A stretch of 63,446 nt of DNA, counting the filler, from Stramenopiles sp. TOSAG23-3 (Eukaryota), in the NCBI GenBank assembly GCA_900128585.1. It is 21 parts of 21 records of this genome, joined end to end, with 100 filler letters (N's around TTAATTAATTAA, not from the genome) between each part and the next. Parts side by side here need not be neighbours in the genome. Positions count along the whole stretch, not along the records: positions 1 to 13,703 come from LT642614.1; 20 more parts are not named here. The stretch is one strand, 5' to 3'. A program made the translations under genes and the position numbers. Every line of letters begins with the position of its first letter. Position 1 is the first letter of the stretch. Under the pieces are notes generated by a model. It was not told the DNA's origin. It ran no database searches and was given only the letters and a program-made list of their open reading frames with translations. Positions 1 to 10,809 of this stretch are shown piece after piece.

Positions 1-1
1 A

Positions 2-349
2 ACGATCGACTGCGCGTCCGTGTGTAACTGCGTGGACCTTGGGCCGGACGAAGTTACCCTGGTGAGTGCGCACCAGGACTGTCCCCTCCCGCTTCTTAGA
101 TTTTGCACCCCTTGATTCTTTCTGTGTTAACCGAGGGAGTTTCTGCTCCAACTGGTACATAATGGCCCGTTGGAGGACCGAGGAAGACTCCTCCTCGTTC
201 ATTTCTGCATTAAAAGCGTCTATCTCATCGAACTCTTCCTCTCTGGGCTGCTTCCGGCGTCGCTTAGACGTGCCCCCACGGTTGCGACGAAGCCCGGGCC
301 GCCATTTCTTCCGCAATGGAGACTCTTCAAACCGGTTTTTGAAGCTCAT
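2..349 (-). CDS. N-terminal part of a hypothetical protein running off the window edge
   Basis: Manually translated open frame from ATG at 349 (MSFKNRFEESPLRKKW...) to the window start with no stop. GC-rich like neighbouring genes and bounded by an AT-rich upstream region. Confidence 0.6.
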   Translation of the reverse strand, partial: MSFKNRFEESPLRKKWRPGLRRNRGGTSKRRRKQPREEEFDEIDAFNAEMNEEESSSVLQRAIMYQLEQKLPRLTQKESRGAKSKKREGTVLVRTHQGNFVRPKVHAVTHGRAVDR

Positions 350-1111
350 CGTTCGAACAATCTCTAAAAATTGTACGAAGGAATGTTAAACCGTTACTAT
401 TATAGCGCTTCTTTTTTTTTAACCGTGCGATGCTGAACATGTGGGAGCAGAAAAAAATATTGCAGAAAGCCTTCCATGGAACATTAAACATGGAAATGAA
501 TATAATAATTCTTTATTAAATAATAATAACTGCATTGCATTGCATTGCATACATTATTATAGAATACATGAAGACAGCGAGGAAGTAAAAGAAACGACGG
601 CGCATTCTGATCGATTTTCAACTGAAAGAAATTTCAACTTTCAACATAGAGACAGCAGGTAATTGCTTTGATAAAATTGGTTTCAATATAGAAATAGCAA
701 GATGATAAATTTAACTGATATCTTGGAATTTGCCTTTGAATATTAAGGATATATATATCTAAAGGAATGATTAATCAAGTATTGGTTGATTTTTGCGTCG
801 TTATATACATTGATACATATATTATTAAATTAAATATTTTAATTAAAATCTGAAGTAGTGTGCCTTAATTTTATGAGACACAAAAACTATGGTTTTATTT
901 TCTATATGTTTGGCAGATTTTAGATATCAGAAAAGGGTTAGTCCTAGCAATTATAATGTAAAACAAGATTAATGTAAACATGAATAATGACCACGATTTA
1001 ATTTAAAACTTGCATCTATACCTGGTCACCTTTTGGTTGAGAGACTTCTTTGCCATTTCTACAATGTCGCCACTCTGTATCACTGCGCCCTAAGGGGTGT
1101 GTGATTTTTTA

Positions 1112-2617
1112 CTATCTCCTTCTGTGCTTTCTATGTTTGTGTTTTTTGCTTCGATTCCCCCGGCTGTATTTTTCAGATCTCCCCGATTCTTCCGGGGGCA
1201 GTGGAGTGCGCAGCGGATGATGCCCCCATCCACCACCACTTACCATCACTGCGGGGCGGATTGCCCCCATGTCTGCCCCCCCGACCCGCGTGGCGTTCCT
1301 ATCTTTCTCGACCTGAAGCTCCTCCTTCAACAACTTTTGTTGCCGTTTCAAATCGATTATCACGTTTTCGAACTTCTTCAGCCTTAGTTTGTACTCATAC
1401 CCGTTTTTCTCGCTTGATTCGAATTTCTCTCTGGCTTTGTCCAAATCCACTTGCTGCTCCCTCAACACACGCTTCAGCCTTGCAATCTCGTCCTTTCCTG
1501 CAGCAATGTCGTGGTTAGCATTCTGGAGCTGGTCTTCCGCCCGCTGAAACTTCGTTGTCAACCGATCCCTCTCTTCCTCTACCGCTCTCGTCTTTTCCCG
1601 TGCCTCGTTCCTTTGTTTCTCCAAATCGGCAATGTCGTTCTTCATTCTATTCCTTGCAAATTCCATGCCTCTCGAATCGTCCTCCCTGCTCCGTTGCAGT
1701 TCCTCCAACGCCGCGATCGCAGTGTCCCTCGACATGAACGCCTTGTGCCGTTCGTCCGTGTACCGGTGCATCATTCCCTTCATGTCCTCTAAAATATTCC
1801 CCCGATCGTCAAACTTTTCTTGGGCAATTGCCATCTCCTCCACTTTGTCGTCGTACTTTCGCACCAGCGGGTCATACTCCTCCCGTTTGAACGTCACGAA
1901 CTCCTTCCTTAGGTTCGCCAAGAGCTTCCCGTTCACTTTGTACCTCATCGCATTCGCTTTCGCCACCGTTCTTGCTCGAAAGATACCCATCCGAAGCAGC
2001 CTCAACTCTTTGGTCGGCACCCGCGTGAGCCCAGCTTCCTCGTCCAAAAGTTTGTCCGGCGCATATTTGTCCTCCCCAGACATAATGTCTATCACGTACA
2101 GTTCTCTCACGCAGTCGGAGTGCCCCCTGTCTTTGGCGATGTCCCTCGGCGTCTTGTCGTAGTGGTTTCGCATATCCCGCGTCGCCTTGTTCCGAAGGAG
2201 AGCCTGGACAATGTCAAGGTGCCCCGCTCGAGCGGCAACATGCAGGGCCCCCTCCCCGTTCTTGTCTTGGGCGTTCACGTTCGCCTCGTTGTGAAGCAGG
2301 TACTCAACAGTTTGCTGGTGCCCCGATTCTACCGCATAGTGAAGAGGGGTTTTTCCAAACCCCCCAACCGCGTTCACACAGCCGCCACGGGCCAGCAGGT
2401 TCCGAAGTTTCATAGTCTTCCCCTCGTGCGCAGCGCTCAAAACGTCGCAGGTATTGATTCCAAAGTCTTTCACCTCGACATCACGGGATATTTCTACACG
2501 GGGTTGTAAGTATTCAGATTGAAGATACCATTTCTGTTTGTCGAGGGGTTCCGGACCTTGAAGGTGGTACGGAACCAGCGCCTTCGTCGGATCGGTGGCC
2601 GTAGGCTGCTCCGCCAT
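1112..2617 (-). CDS. Ankyrin-repeat protein with long C-terminal coiled coil
   Basis: 501-aa ORF with ANK motifs (GKTPLHYAVESGH, GEGALHVAARAGH, KTPRDIA) followed by a heptad-rich E/K/R region. Confidence 0.9.
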   Translation of the reverse strand: MAEQPTATDPTKALVPYHLQGPEPLDKQKWYLQSEYLQPRVEISRDVEVKDFGINTCDVLSAAHEGKTMKLRNLLARGGCVNAVGGFGKTPLHYAVESGHQQTVEYLLHNEANVNAQDKNGEGALHVAARAGHLDIVQALLRNKATRDMRNHYDKTPRDIAKDRGHSDCVRELYVIDIMSGEDKYAPDKLLDEEAGLTRVPTKELRLLRMGIFRARTVAKANAMRYKVNGKLLANLRKEFVTFKREEYDPLVRKYDDKVEEMAIAQEKFDDRGNILEDMKGMMHRYTDERHKAFMSRDTAIAALEELQRSREDDSRGMEFARNRMKNDIADLEKQRNEAREKTRAVEEERDRLTTKFQRAEDQLQNANHDIAAGKDEIARLKRVLREQQVDLDKAREKFESSEKNGYEYKLRLKKFENVIIDLKRQQKLLKEELQVEKDRNATRVGGADMGAIRPAVMVSGGGWGHHPLRTPLPPEESGRSEKYSRGNRSKKHKHRKHRRR

Positions 2618-3349
2618 GCTGCGTCGCTCCGGGTCTTGTCCAGGAACAGGCTCTTGTGTATAGAATCTAGCTAGTCCCTTTCGCCGCGTGTGCGATGTTT
2701 TATTCCCGCCCGACTTCCCCTGAAAGTAGGTTATTATTATTTATAATTATGCATTTGTTTGGGAGTTTAAACTGGTAAATGGTGGTTTGCTCTTCCGTTG
2801 AATTATTGTTTTACTTACACAACAACACTTAAGAAGAAAATGGTAGTAGTAGGCACAGTATTTGTAAATAATAATATAAGAACATACTACAACAATAATG
2901 AACATGCAATAACATAGGGATGAAGATGAACAGCAACAACAACGGCTGCTGCTGCATTATATTATCATTAAACCTTAAACCTCCAGAGATTTTGTTCTGA
3001 TAAAAAAATAACTGACGAGGGACGAGGGAGAAGAAAGGAGAACGGGAGAACGCGAGAACGCCTGAAAGCCTGAAAGCAGGAAGTGGGAAACAACAAACAA
3101 CAAGGAGGTCCTAAATATTTTTGTCAGTCAGCTGATCGGCTTTGAGCTTTAGTGTTTTTCTTGATCATCCATCATCCATCGAGTGAGTTTCCATTTTTGT
3201 TATTATTATTATCTCAAAAAATCTCAAATCTCCTCCTCCATCAGTTTTACAAAAATGGAATATATGAATATATGTTCCAAACAATTTACAACTTACAACA
3301 ACAGAGAAAGACACGGGAGGAAGAAGACAAATAAGAAAATCAACCACCA

Positions 3350-3398
3350 ACAACAAACAAACAAGAACAAACAAACAAACAAACAAACAAACAAACAA
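3350..3398. repeat. (AAAC)n microsatellite
   Basis: Run of aaac units in an intergenic spacer. Confidence 0.85.
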
Positions 3399-3979
3399 AA
3401 TTTATTTTATAAACAGAAGAAGAAGAGAATGAAAAAAAGTTAGTTCCGTTACAATTTACAATGTCTTCTTAAAAGCAATTTCAACTAGCAGTTGTCTACG
3501 AATGCTGTACGCCTGTATTATATGAAAGAATAGAACTACGTTTCTTCATACATTAAGGAACATTTAAATTATCAATTACACATTTATCCGGATACTTCAA
3601 TCTTCTATATGTTTAAATATTAAAACCTTCGTTATTCTATAATGAATACCTTATCCTTAATCGATTTCTTATAATTATAAAAAAGAAGAGGAAGAAGAAT
3701 AATAAATATAAGATTATTGTTTTTTTTGCATTTTTTGTGTTTGTTTTGTTTCTTTATTCGGTACCAGGTACTTCGAACTACTAATTGGAAGGAATGGTAA
3801 TAATTTGTACGAACAATGTATTTGGTTCCTTCTTGCACCAGTGAAATTGGTGGAAGCTGGGCCTAATCCAGTCTCGTTCTACCGAGTCACTAAAATCTTC
3901 CGGTGTTTACATTTAACGAACAGTGTAAGAACTATTGGTGCAAGTTCCAAGTCGTTCCTCATCCTTTTCCTCCTCGAGA

Positions 3980-5134
3980 ATGTCCCCTCCTAACGGACCA
4001 GAACAGCCGAGAAACCAGACCGCAGAAGAACGGATCAACGATGCCAAATTCGGCAAAAAAATGGGGTTTGAGCAAAAAACCACTTATCACGCCTACCACG
4101 CAAGTATGAACACAAAATCTGGTCACTACCACAACCAATACTCGTTCGCGAAAAACACACGATTAGCTAAAGAACGACATAAGCGTTACCTCGCGGAAAA
4201 GGTCAGAAAGGCCTGCAACCCCGACCAGCTATCAAAGTTTGTCACTACGTTTAAGTTGAGTTCTATTACCGACCAGAAGCGAAAAGTAGCTACGAGCCAA
4301 GCAGACACCCACGAATCGTTCGTCGCGCCAAGAGACGATGTCCATAGACCTGAAAACCCAGATAAGTGGCTTGCAAACGACACTTTCCGTACTGAGTCTA
4401 GGCGAAAGGATAATTTTGACTTACGAATAGCCGCGACCAAGAGCCTGGGTAACATGATGGGGCTTTTGCGGGACCCTGAGATGCCGCCAAAGCGAATTAA
4501 ACGGCGGTCATGGGTCAACAGAGTGCCAGACCAATGCAACAAGTGGGAAAATTTTCTTGCAAGGGTAAAGGTAGCCGCTGATCAAGCGGGGTCGACGGGT
4601 TCGTACGAGGCAAGTACCGAGTTTCGGCACCGCCCTCCGTCGCCAGAGGGCAGAACGTTCAGGACCAAATTCAAGAAGACTATGAAAGGCGTTCCTATGA
4701 GTGGAACGCAAATTCCCCTTCTCTCTGCGACGGAGGCGGAAATTAATCGAAGGCCAAAGTTTGATATGTTTCCATTTGGTTGGTACAACGATGGTGGGAG
4801 CCCAGCGCAGCACAACGGGTTTAAAGAGTTAGCGAGGACGGAAGGTGTTCTCCCTGGGGACACGAGACCGTCGCTGCGCCGACGGACGGGGGAGGCACCG
4901 TCGACGACCACGAGGAACGATAGGGAGAACATGATGTCGCGGGCATCCATGACGAGCAACGTCACACTTTTTTCCAGGGATTTGTTGGACACGAGGGGTT
5001 CCACATACGAAATGCAAGGGGCAGAGAGCTTTGGCACACCCTGGACAGCGTTAAAGGTAATGACGCCAGGGACAGGAAGGAGTAGTATGAGAGATGGGAT
5101 GAAACCACTGCAGCAATTGGGAAATACAGTGTAG
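3980..5134 (+). CDS. Hypothetical basic protein
   Basis: Long ORF (track 3935..5134) with first ATG at 3980. GC-rich against AT-rich flanks. No domain recognised. Confidence 0.75.
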   Translation: MSPPNGPEQPRNQTAEERINDAKFGKKMGFEQKTTYHAYHASMNTKSGHYHNQYSFAKNTRLAKERHKRYLAEKVRKACNPDQLSKFVTTFKLSSITDQKRKVATSQADTHESFVAPRDDVHRPENPDKWLANDTFRTESRRKDNFDLRIAATKSLGNMMGLLRDPEMPPKRIKRRSWVNRVPDQCNKWENFLARVKVAADQAGSTGSYEASTEFRHRPPSPEGRTFRTKFKKTMKGVPMSGTQIPLLSATEAEINRRPKFDMFPFGWYNDGGSPAQHNGFKELARTEGVLPGDTRPSLRRRTGEAPSTTTRNDRENMMSRASMTSNVTLFSRDLLDTRGSTYEMQGAESFGTPWTALKVMTPGTGRSSMRDGMKPLQQLGNTV

Positions 5135-5426
5135 GACGGGCATGCGGGAGGAGGGAGAAGGAGAGATAATGAAAACAAGAAAAGTCGCACTAAAATGGAT
5201 TATCATAAAACCAAAGTATTGAAGAAAAAGTATGATTATCTTAAAACATAAAAAATTTAGCATGTTTATTATAAATTAATTTAACTCTTCGGTTATTTCA
5301 ATCATTCGTTTTTCCAACAACAGTTGTTGTTCTTTAAGCAGACGCAACACGTCTTTATACTCATAGTTGTGTTTTTGTTTTATATTTATAAACGCCTTGT
5401 TACTTCATCGGATTGCCCCCGCACAC

Positions 5427-6500
5427 TTACGCACCTGGCTGTAAATGCTGCAACACCTCGTCTATGGTTTCGTAGAGTGCGCAGTAGCATTGCGCATATA
5501 CGTGGTACTTCGAGTCGCTCTCACTAACCGTTTCCGCTAGAGACTTTTCGTTTTCTTCCTCTTCGTGCGAAGAACTGCCGTTCTCCCCGTTCATGTGTTC
5601 GTTTTGGTACTGAAAGAGGGACACTTCAAGAGACTCTATCATCTGCTTTGAGCTGTCCTGGCTCCGCCTTAAGTCCTCTTGAATTTCTTCAAATGTTTTA
5701 AGCGCGCCCCGAAGGCGTCTCTTCTCTTTTCGTTCTGCTTTGAGGTTCAGCGTTAAATTGTCACACGTTAAACGTTTCTTTGTATTCTCCATTTTCAAAC
5801 CCTTCACTTCGTTTGTCAAGCGAAGAACTTCGTTCGACAAACGTTCGTTTTCCGTTCGGAGCTTAGCTGCATTTTTATCCGACGCGACAAAGCACTTCTT
5901 CATGGTTCGGGAGTCGTCAAGTATGATTCTATGCTTTTGGTGCAAGGCAGCGGACATTTCGTTCGAGTTCTTCACTTCAACCTGGCATTGTTTTAATTTG
6001 ATAGCAAGGATCTCCATCATTGTGTTGGCAGGGGAGGAGGACGTCGCGGTCGGTTGCTGGGAGAAAGCGACGTTGTGCGGGGCTTTGTTGGCCAATTCTG
6101 AACACTCGATATGTTTCCACTGAAGATCTTCGTTTGTCTTTTTGTGAACTTTCTTTAGACTGTCGTATTTCACGCGCAGGCTCTGGGACTCTCTGCTAAT
6201 GATGGCGTTCTCGCTCTGAAGCTGAAGAAGGGTCTCTTTCAAAGTTTCTGTCCGAGCCCGTTCCTGTTCTAGCTGCTCGTTCAAGTCCTTCACTGCGCCG
6301 TCTGACGCGTTCCTCACCGAGTCAAACTCTCTTTCTTTTTCACTCAACAGAAGCTCAAGCCTTTCTTTTTGTTTGAGAACAATTTTAATGTCGGCCGACA
6401 GTTGCGAAAACATCATAAAATGCGAAATATAATCACTGTCGTTGTCGACCTCGTTTGCATCCCCCGGTGCATCAACGAAGAAGGCAGAAGTTGCTGACAT
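5427..6500 (-). CDS. Coiled-coil protein
   Basis: 357-aa ORF with heptad-pattern L/E/K-rich sequence. Confidence 0.8.
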   Translation of the reverse strand: MSATSAFFVDAPGDANEVDNDSDYISHFMMFSQLSADIKIVLKQKERLELLLSEKEREFDSVRNASDGAVKDLNEQLEQERARTETLKETLLQLQSENAIISRESQSLRVKYDSLKKVHKKTNEDLQWKHIECSELANKAPHNVAFSQQPTATSSSPANTMMEILAIKLKQCQVEVKNSNEMSAALHQKHRIILDDSRTMKKCFVASDKNAAKLRTENERLSNEVLRLTNEVKGLKMENTKKRLTCDNLTLNLKAERKEKRRLRGALKTFEEIQEDLRRSQDSSKQMIESLEVSLFQYQNEHMNGENGSSSHEEEENEKSLAETVSESDSKYHVYAQCYCALYETIDEVLQHLQPGA

Positions 6501-6696
6501 TCAGGATGGTTGGTGGTGGCGGGAAGTAAATAAACAAATAATGGGATTAAAAGTTTCGTAATGATTCGACAAGTTCTTAATTGTTCAGCTTTTGTTTTTA
6601 AATATACTTTCAGTCTATCTGTTCTTTTTGATTCTTATCTTTTCTTGAGTATCAACGTATCAACCAGCAAAGAAGAAAGTAATAAAAAAAACCCAT

Positions 6697-6843
6697 TTTT
6701 CTTCTTCTTCTTTCTTTTTTCTTCTTCTTTCTTCTTCTTCTTTTCGTCGTTCTTCTTTTCTTCTTTCTTCTTCTTCTTCTTCTTCTTCTTCTTCTTCTTT
6801 CTTCTTTCTTCTTTCTTCTTTCTTCTTTCTTCTTTCTTCTTTC
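6697..6843. repeat. (TTC)n/(TTTC) low-complexity polypyrimidine tract
   Basis: About 145 bp of imperfect TTC repeats. The ORFs called over it are spurious. Confidence 0.9.
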
Positions 6844-7859
6844 ACTCCCTATACTGTGTGCATGTTATTAAACATAATTAACTCGCTCGCTATTGTCATA
6901 CAATAATACAAAATACATACACACAACATTAAAACCAGCCTTGGCCGCCGTCGGGGATTGCTAAGGTTTAGTCCTACTTGTAATAATACTTACAATACAT
7001 TTTATTACCTATCTATAATTATGATCCTGTTAAAGGCTATGCTGTGTTCCGATTCACTCACTGTGCCAATGCTAATGCTATTTCTTCTTCCAAAAAAAAG
7101 AGAAAAAAATGGATTTTCGGAATAAATTATTTATATGAATGCTGTGCTTTGGCTTTGGTTATCTTATTTCTAATTATTCGTCGAACAATCTTCTCTTCTT
7201 TCGTAATTGTAATTATAATTAAGTAAATATTATTGATATATATTATACTACACTAATTCATACTTATGTGTATATTCAATATTCTATATCATTTCGTTTC
7301 TTTCGTATCAAATGTATCTTATTTATATCTTATATATTTATACAATTACTTTCTTTTAAATATAATTATCCTTATTATTGGATTATGGAGTACATATTAG
7401 AATTTTATAGAATTGTGGCTGAGCGAGCTGTGGCTTTAAAAAAAATTATCTAAAAAAAAAAAAGGAAAAAACTTCTAATTTTGTTCTTATTCTTCTTCTT
7501 TCTTCTTCTTCTATTTTTTTTACCCATTTCTTCTTCCTTTCATCAGATAGAACACAGCATCATCATCATCATCACTCACATCTCAATTCACAAGAAGAAG
7601 AAGGAAGAAAGAAGAAGAAACAGAAGAGAATAAATCGATCACAAAAAAGAACACAACAATTATTTAATAAAATTTAACATCTTTTCTTTCACTTTTCACG
7701 TTTCACGTTTCACACCATATTTTATTATGTATTATGTATCATTAATGTTCGTTTTGATTGCAGGGAAGGGAAAAAGAATTATTTCATTTTCACTTGCTGT
7801 ATATAGAAAGCAATAAACATTTAGCCACGCCCGTCTCTCACTATAAAATACCGCACACC

Positions 7860-9452
7860 ATGCTGCAACTTACCCTTTCGCCATCTCGAGCGTTTGCGCT
7901 CCTCCTTGTGCTCTCGCTAGCCTCCGTTGCATTTTCCCAGCAGGACGGCAATCCCCACGGCTGGGACAGGAAAAGACGGTGCGATCAAATCGACTACAGT
8001 CCCCCGTGCGGGGTATGTGAAGGGTACGGTGGAATCCCGTACGGCGACGAGAATGATCAGATCCACCTCACGACTTGCGAACCAATAGCCACCGCGTCCT
8101 CCGTCAAGAACCCAGTCAAACCGGTGTGGGGGGCAACCTTCACCGTACACCACTACAGTGAAATTTTGATCGGCCCGAAAACCGATCCTTTCTGTTTCAA
8201 CGCCTTTCCGTCCAACTCATCCATCGGAAAACTGTGCTACCGCGCTGACAGCGGCATGCAGTCGTACCAAGCGAAGGGGGGCAAGGGGCTCCGGTATGAC
8301 CTGAACGTAAAGACCGTCGTTGGGAACGTGACCACAGAAGTGCTCCACCAAGGCGTGAACATGTGGATAATCAACAGGCTGCCCTGGTACGCTGCCGGGG
8401 TTCACCAGTGCATTTGCACGACAGTCCACCAGGACTCCGACCTTCACTCCCCCACAATGTACCCTGTCGATTACAACTGGACCGAACAAATGTTTTACAT
8501 CGGCCGGGAAAAGATCGGGATCGAGTACGGTGCGCCCGAGGACAAAGAGGTCCTGGAGCACTGGGCGTTCGGGCCGCACCACGTCTGGTCCCAGCCCGAA
8601 TCGGGAAAGATTCGAAGAATGTGGCAGCCCTTTAACGGCCTTCAGGTATTTCCGAACGGGACAGGAAACCACACGGTAGATCCGTCCCTGTTCATGGACG
8701 CGCCGCCTGCCCTTTGCAAGAAAAAGGGAGGAGCAACGTTTCGAATCAAGTGCGACGACAACGGGTACCCGATCAACAAGCCGAACGAGTCAGAGTCCGG
8801 GAACAGTGCGACGTCGACGGCGGCCCCGTCCGAGAAGGACAAGAAACGGGCGCACCAGCCGAAACCCCGAGCGCATTATCGGGGCGACTCGTTCCCGCAA
8901 ATGTCCAAAACGCTCAATGGGTGGCTTAAGAACGGAAAGCACACGCGTGGTCGTACCCGTCCGTGCGAGAGTTTCACGACCAAAGAACTCCAAGAACTGC
9001 AGGGATTGCTTTACTTGGCAAGAGACGAAAAGTTGAATGCCATCTACGAGAAGGCAGAAGACAACCGAAAGCTGCGGGCGTCCATTGAGGACCTGATGGA
9101 TACGTGGAAGAAACTGAACGAAGACATCGATAACCATTCGGAGTCGGAAACATTGTCGCAAATAAACCGAGACGGGCACTGCCATGAGGCAGTCATGTGG
9201 TATGTGCACCACCTGACGGAGGACATGAAACAGATTTTGACGGAAACGACCGACATAACAATTCCATTGCTTTCCCCAAGCTGGCACGGTCATTCCTGCT
9301 TGGAGGCAAAGAAGCTGGCAGAAGAGGGCAAAGAGACCCTCGATGCGACGTTTAAAAAGGTATGCGAGCATTACCAGGAACAAGTCACTTGCGCAAGCTG
9401 TCACTCAAACGTAAGCCCACCCGGCCACGAGTTTTTGTCGGCAATGTTTTGA
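7860..9452 (+). CDS. Secreted Cys/His-rich protein with C-terminal CxxCH motif (function unknown)
   Basis: ATG at 7860 is followed by a signal peptide (MLQLTLSPSRAFALLLVLSLASVAFS). A TATAAAA box lies about 18 nt upstream. Motifs include CGVCEG, RDGHCHEAVMWYVHHL and CASCH. Confidence 0.85.
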   Translation: MLQLTLSPSRAFALLLVLSLASVAFSQQDGNPHGWDRKRRCDQIDYSPPCGVCEGYGGIPYGDENDQIHLTTCEPIATASSVKNPVKPVWGATFTVHHYSEILIGPKTDPFCFNAFPSNSSIGKLCYRADSGMQSYQAKGGKGLRYDLNVKTVVGNVTTEVLHQGVNMWIINRLPWYAAGVHQCICTTVHQDSDLHSPTMYPVDYNWTEQMFYIGREKIGIEYGAPEDKEVLEHWAFGPHHVWSQPESGKIRRMWQPFNGLQVFPNGTGNHTVDPSLFMDAPPALCKKKGGATFRIKCDDNGYPINKPNESESGNSATSTAAPSEKDKKRAHQPKPRAHYRGDSFPQMSKTLNGWLKNGKHTRGRTRPCESFTTKELQELQGLLYLARDEKLNAIYEKAEDNRKLRASIEDLMDTWKKLNEDIDNHSESETLSQINRDGHCHEAVMWYVHHLTEDMKQILTETTDITIPLLSPSWHGHSCLEAKKLAEEGKETLDATFKKVCEHYQEQVTCASCHSNVSPPGHEFLSAMF

Positions 9453-9576
9453 TTTAAAAAAAAAAACCAAGTACACTTGTTTACGTTCGATCTAAAAAAG
9501 TTTTAAAACGTTTTAGTTTACTTCGTAATGTCGCATGGTACAAATATTTACACGCGGTGGGCTTCAGTCAATATCT

Positions 9577-10410
9577 TCAATTTTGCTTCTTTCCCCCGTC
9601 CTTCCCTTTCGACCGTTTTTCTTTCGGGTAAAACACGACGTCAGTTCGGACGATGCTTTTACGCCCCTTCTGCACAACCGACCCTTCGTGCAAAGGGTCG
9701 GTATGGCACCCTGTCATTCTGCCGTGGGGAAAAATCAAAATGTCTCCAGTTTTAGGAACGACGGAGATCGAGCCAACCTCTTTCGATAGCGTCATGAGCC
9801 GTTCGGGGGTGTTTCCTTTTTTACTCTGCAGGGCAGGACTGTCGTCCGCGAGCTGAAAGAACGTTGTCGTTCCCCCGTCAAAGTCTTCGTTCAGGTACAC
9901 GAGCATGGAATACGCTGAAAAGGACAGGAGGCGCCCGGTCTTTTTGTCGTGCTGTGTGAAACTTTTGTCAAAATGGGGCGTAGAGAACTCCCCTTCCTCG
10001 TAGTCGTACAGCCGAAGGAACCCTGATACCTCGTACCCTGGTGGTGCAAGCGTCGCCGTGTTCTTCGGTCCCGCCACCCCCGGAAGAAATTGGCGAATAA
10101 TAGAGCCTAACGGAGCGACGTGTGCGGCGTCAGCGTGAACTGGAGTATGGTGCTGGGATTTTCGCCTGTCTTTTATATCGTTCCCTCCGTCGTCGCCAAC
10201 CTTAGTGGTTCCCTGCCTTTCCCGAATTGTCGTTTTAATTACGCTCCGAAGCCCCATGCAAATTTCGTTGCATTTTGCACTGGTCATCACATTTCTAAGC
10301 AAAAATGCCCCAGGAACACCACCAACTGCTTCCTTCACAATCTCCTCGTAATCGTCTTCCCTATCAACCGAACTGAAAGCCTGTAGAAACACTTCCTTTG
10401 CCGCCTCCAT
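9577..10410 (-). CDS. 2-oxoglutarate/Fe(II)-dependent dioxygenase (prolyl-4-hydroxylase-like 2OG-FeII_Oxy domain)
   Basis: PHFD (HxD), YLNEDFDGGTT, distal His in LHEG and the 2OG-binding K/R in GRKSIVRTD. Confidence 0.9.
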   Translation of the reverse strand: MEAAKEVFLQAFSSVDREDDYEEIVKEAVGGVPGAFLLRNVMTSAKCNEICMGLRSVIKTTIRERQGTTKVGDDGGNDIKDRRKSQHHTPVHADAAHVAPLGSIIRQFLPGVAGPKNTATLAPPGYEVSGFLRLYDYEEGEFSTPHFDKSFTQHDKKTGRLLSFSAYSMLVYLNEDFDGGTTTFFQLADDSPALQSKKGNTPERLMTLSKEVGSISVVPKTGDILIFPHGRMTGCHTDPLHEGSVVQKGRKSIVRTDVVFYPKEKRSKGKDGGKKQN

Positions 10411-10809
10411 GATGGCGGGTCCAAAAATGAAATTGTGCCCTTCGCAAAATGTACAGAGGAGTGTTACCTTTTCTTTGGAGCTGTTTCTATCATACGCTGT
10501 TCAGACATTTTTATGATGCATGTATTGAGATAACGTAGGAAGGGAAGTGGGAAATGTACAGAGTGGGAACAGACCAGAACGTTGTTGAACGAATAATACA
10601 CGAGACACGGATTTGATGTTTTGGGTTTTAGTTTTTCGTTGTTTGTGATGATCGATGGAAGAAGGGAAGAATAATGATGAGATGATATTGATGCTGCTAT
10701 ACTCTATACTATTATATAATCGCGTCGCATTTGTTTCAAGTAAAAAAAGCGTGTACGTGTACGCCGTCGTGTACGTACAAAAAATTATTTATAAAATCTT
10801 TAAAAGACG

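Noticed and set aside
6561-6881. Phe-rich and Glu/Lys-rich ORFs
   Set aside because: They are translations of a (TTC)n microsatellite.
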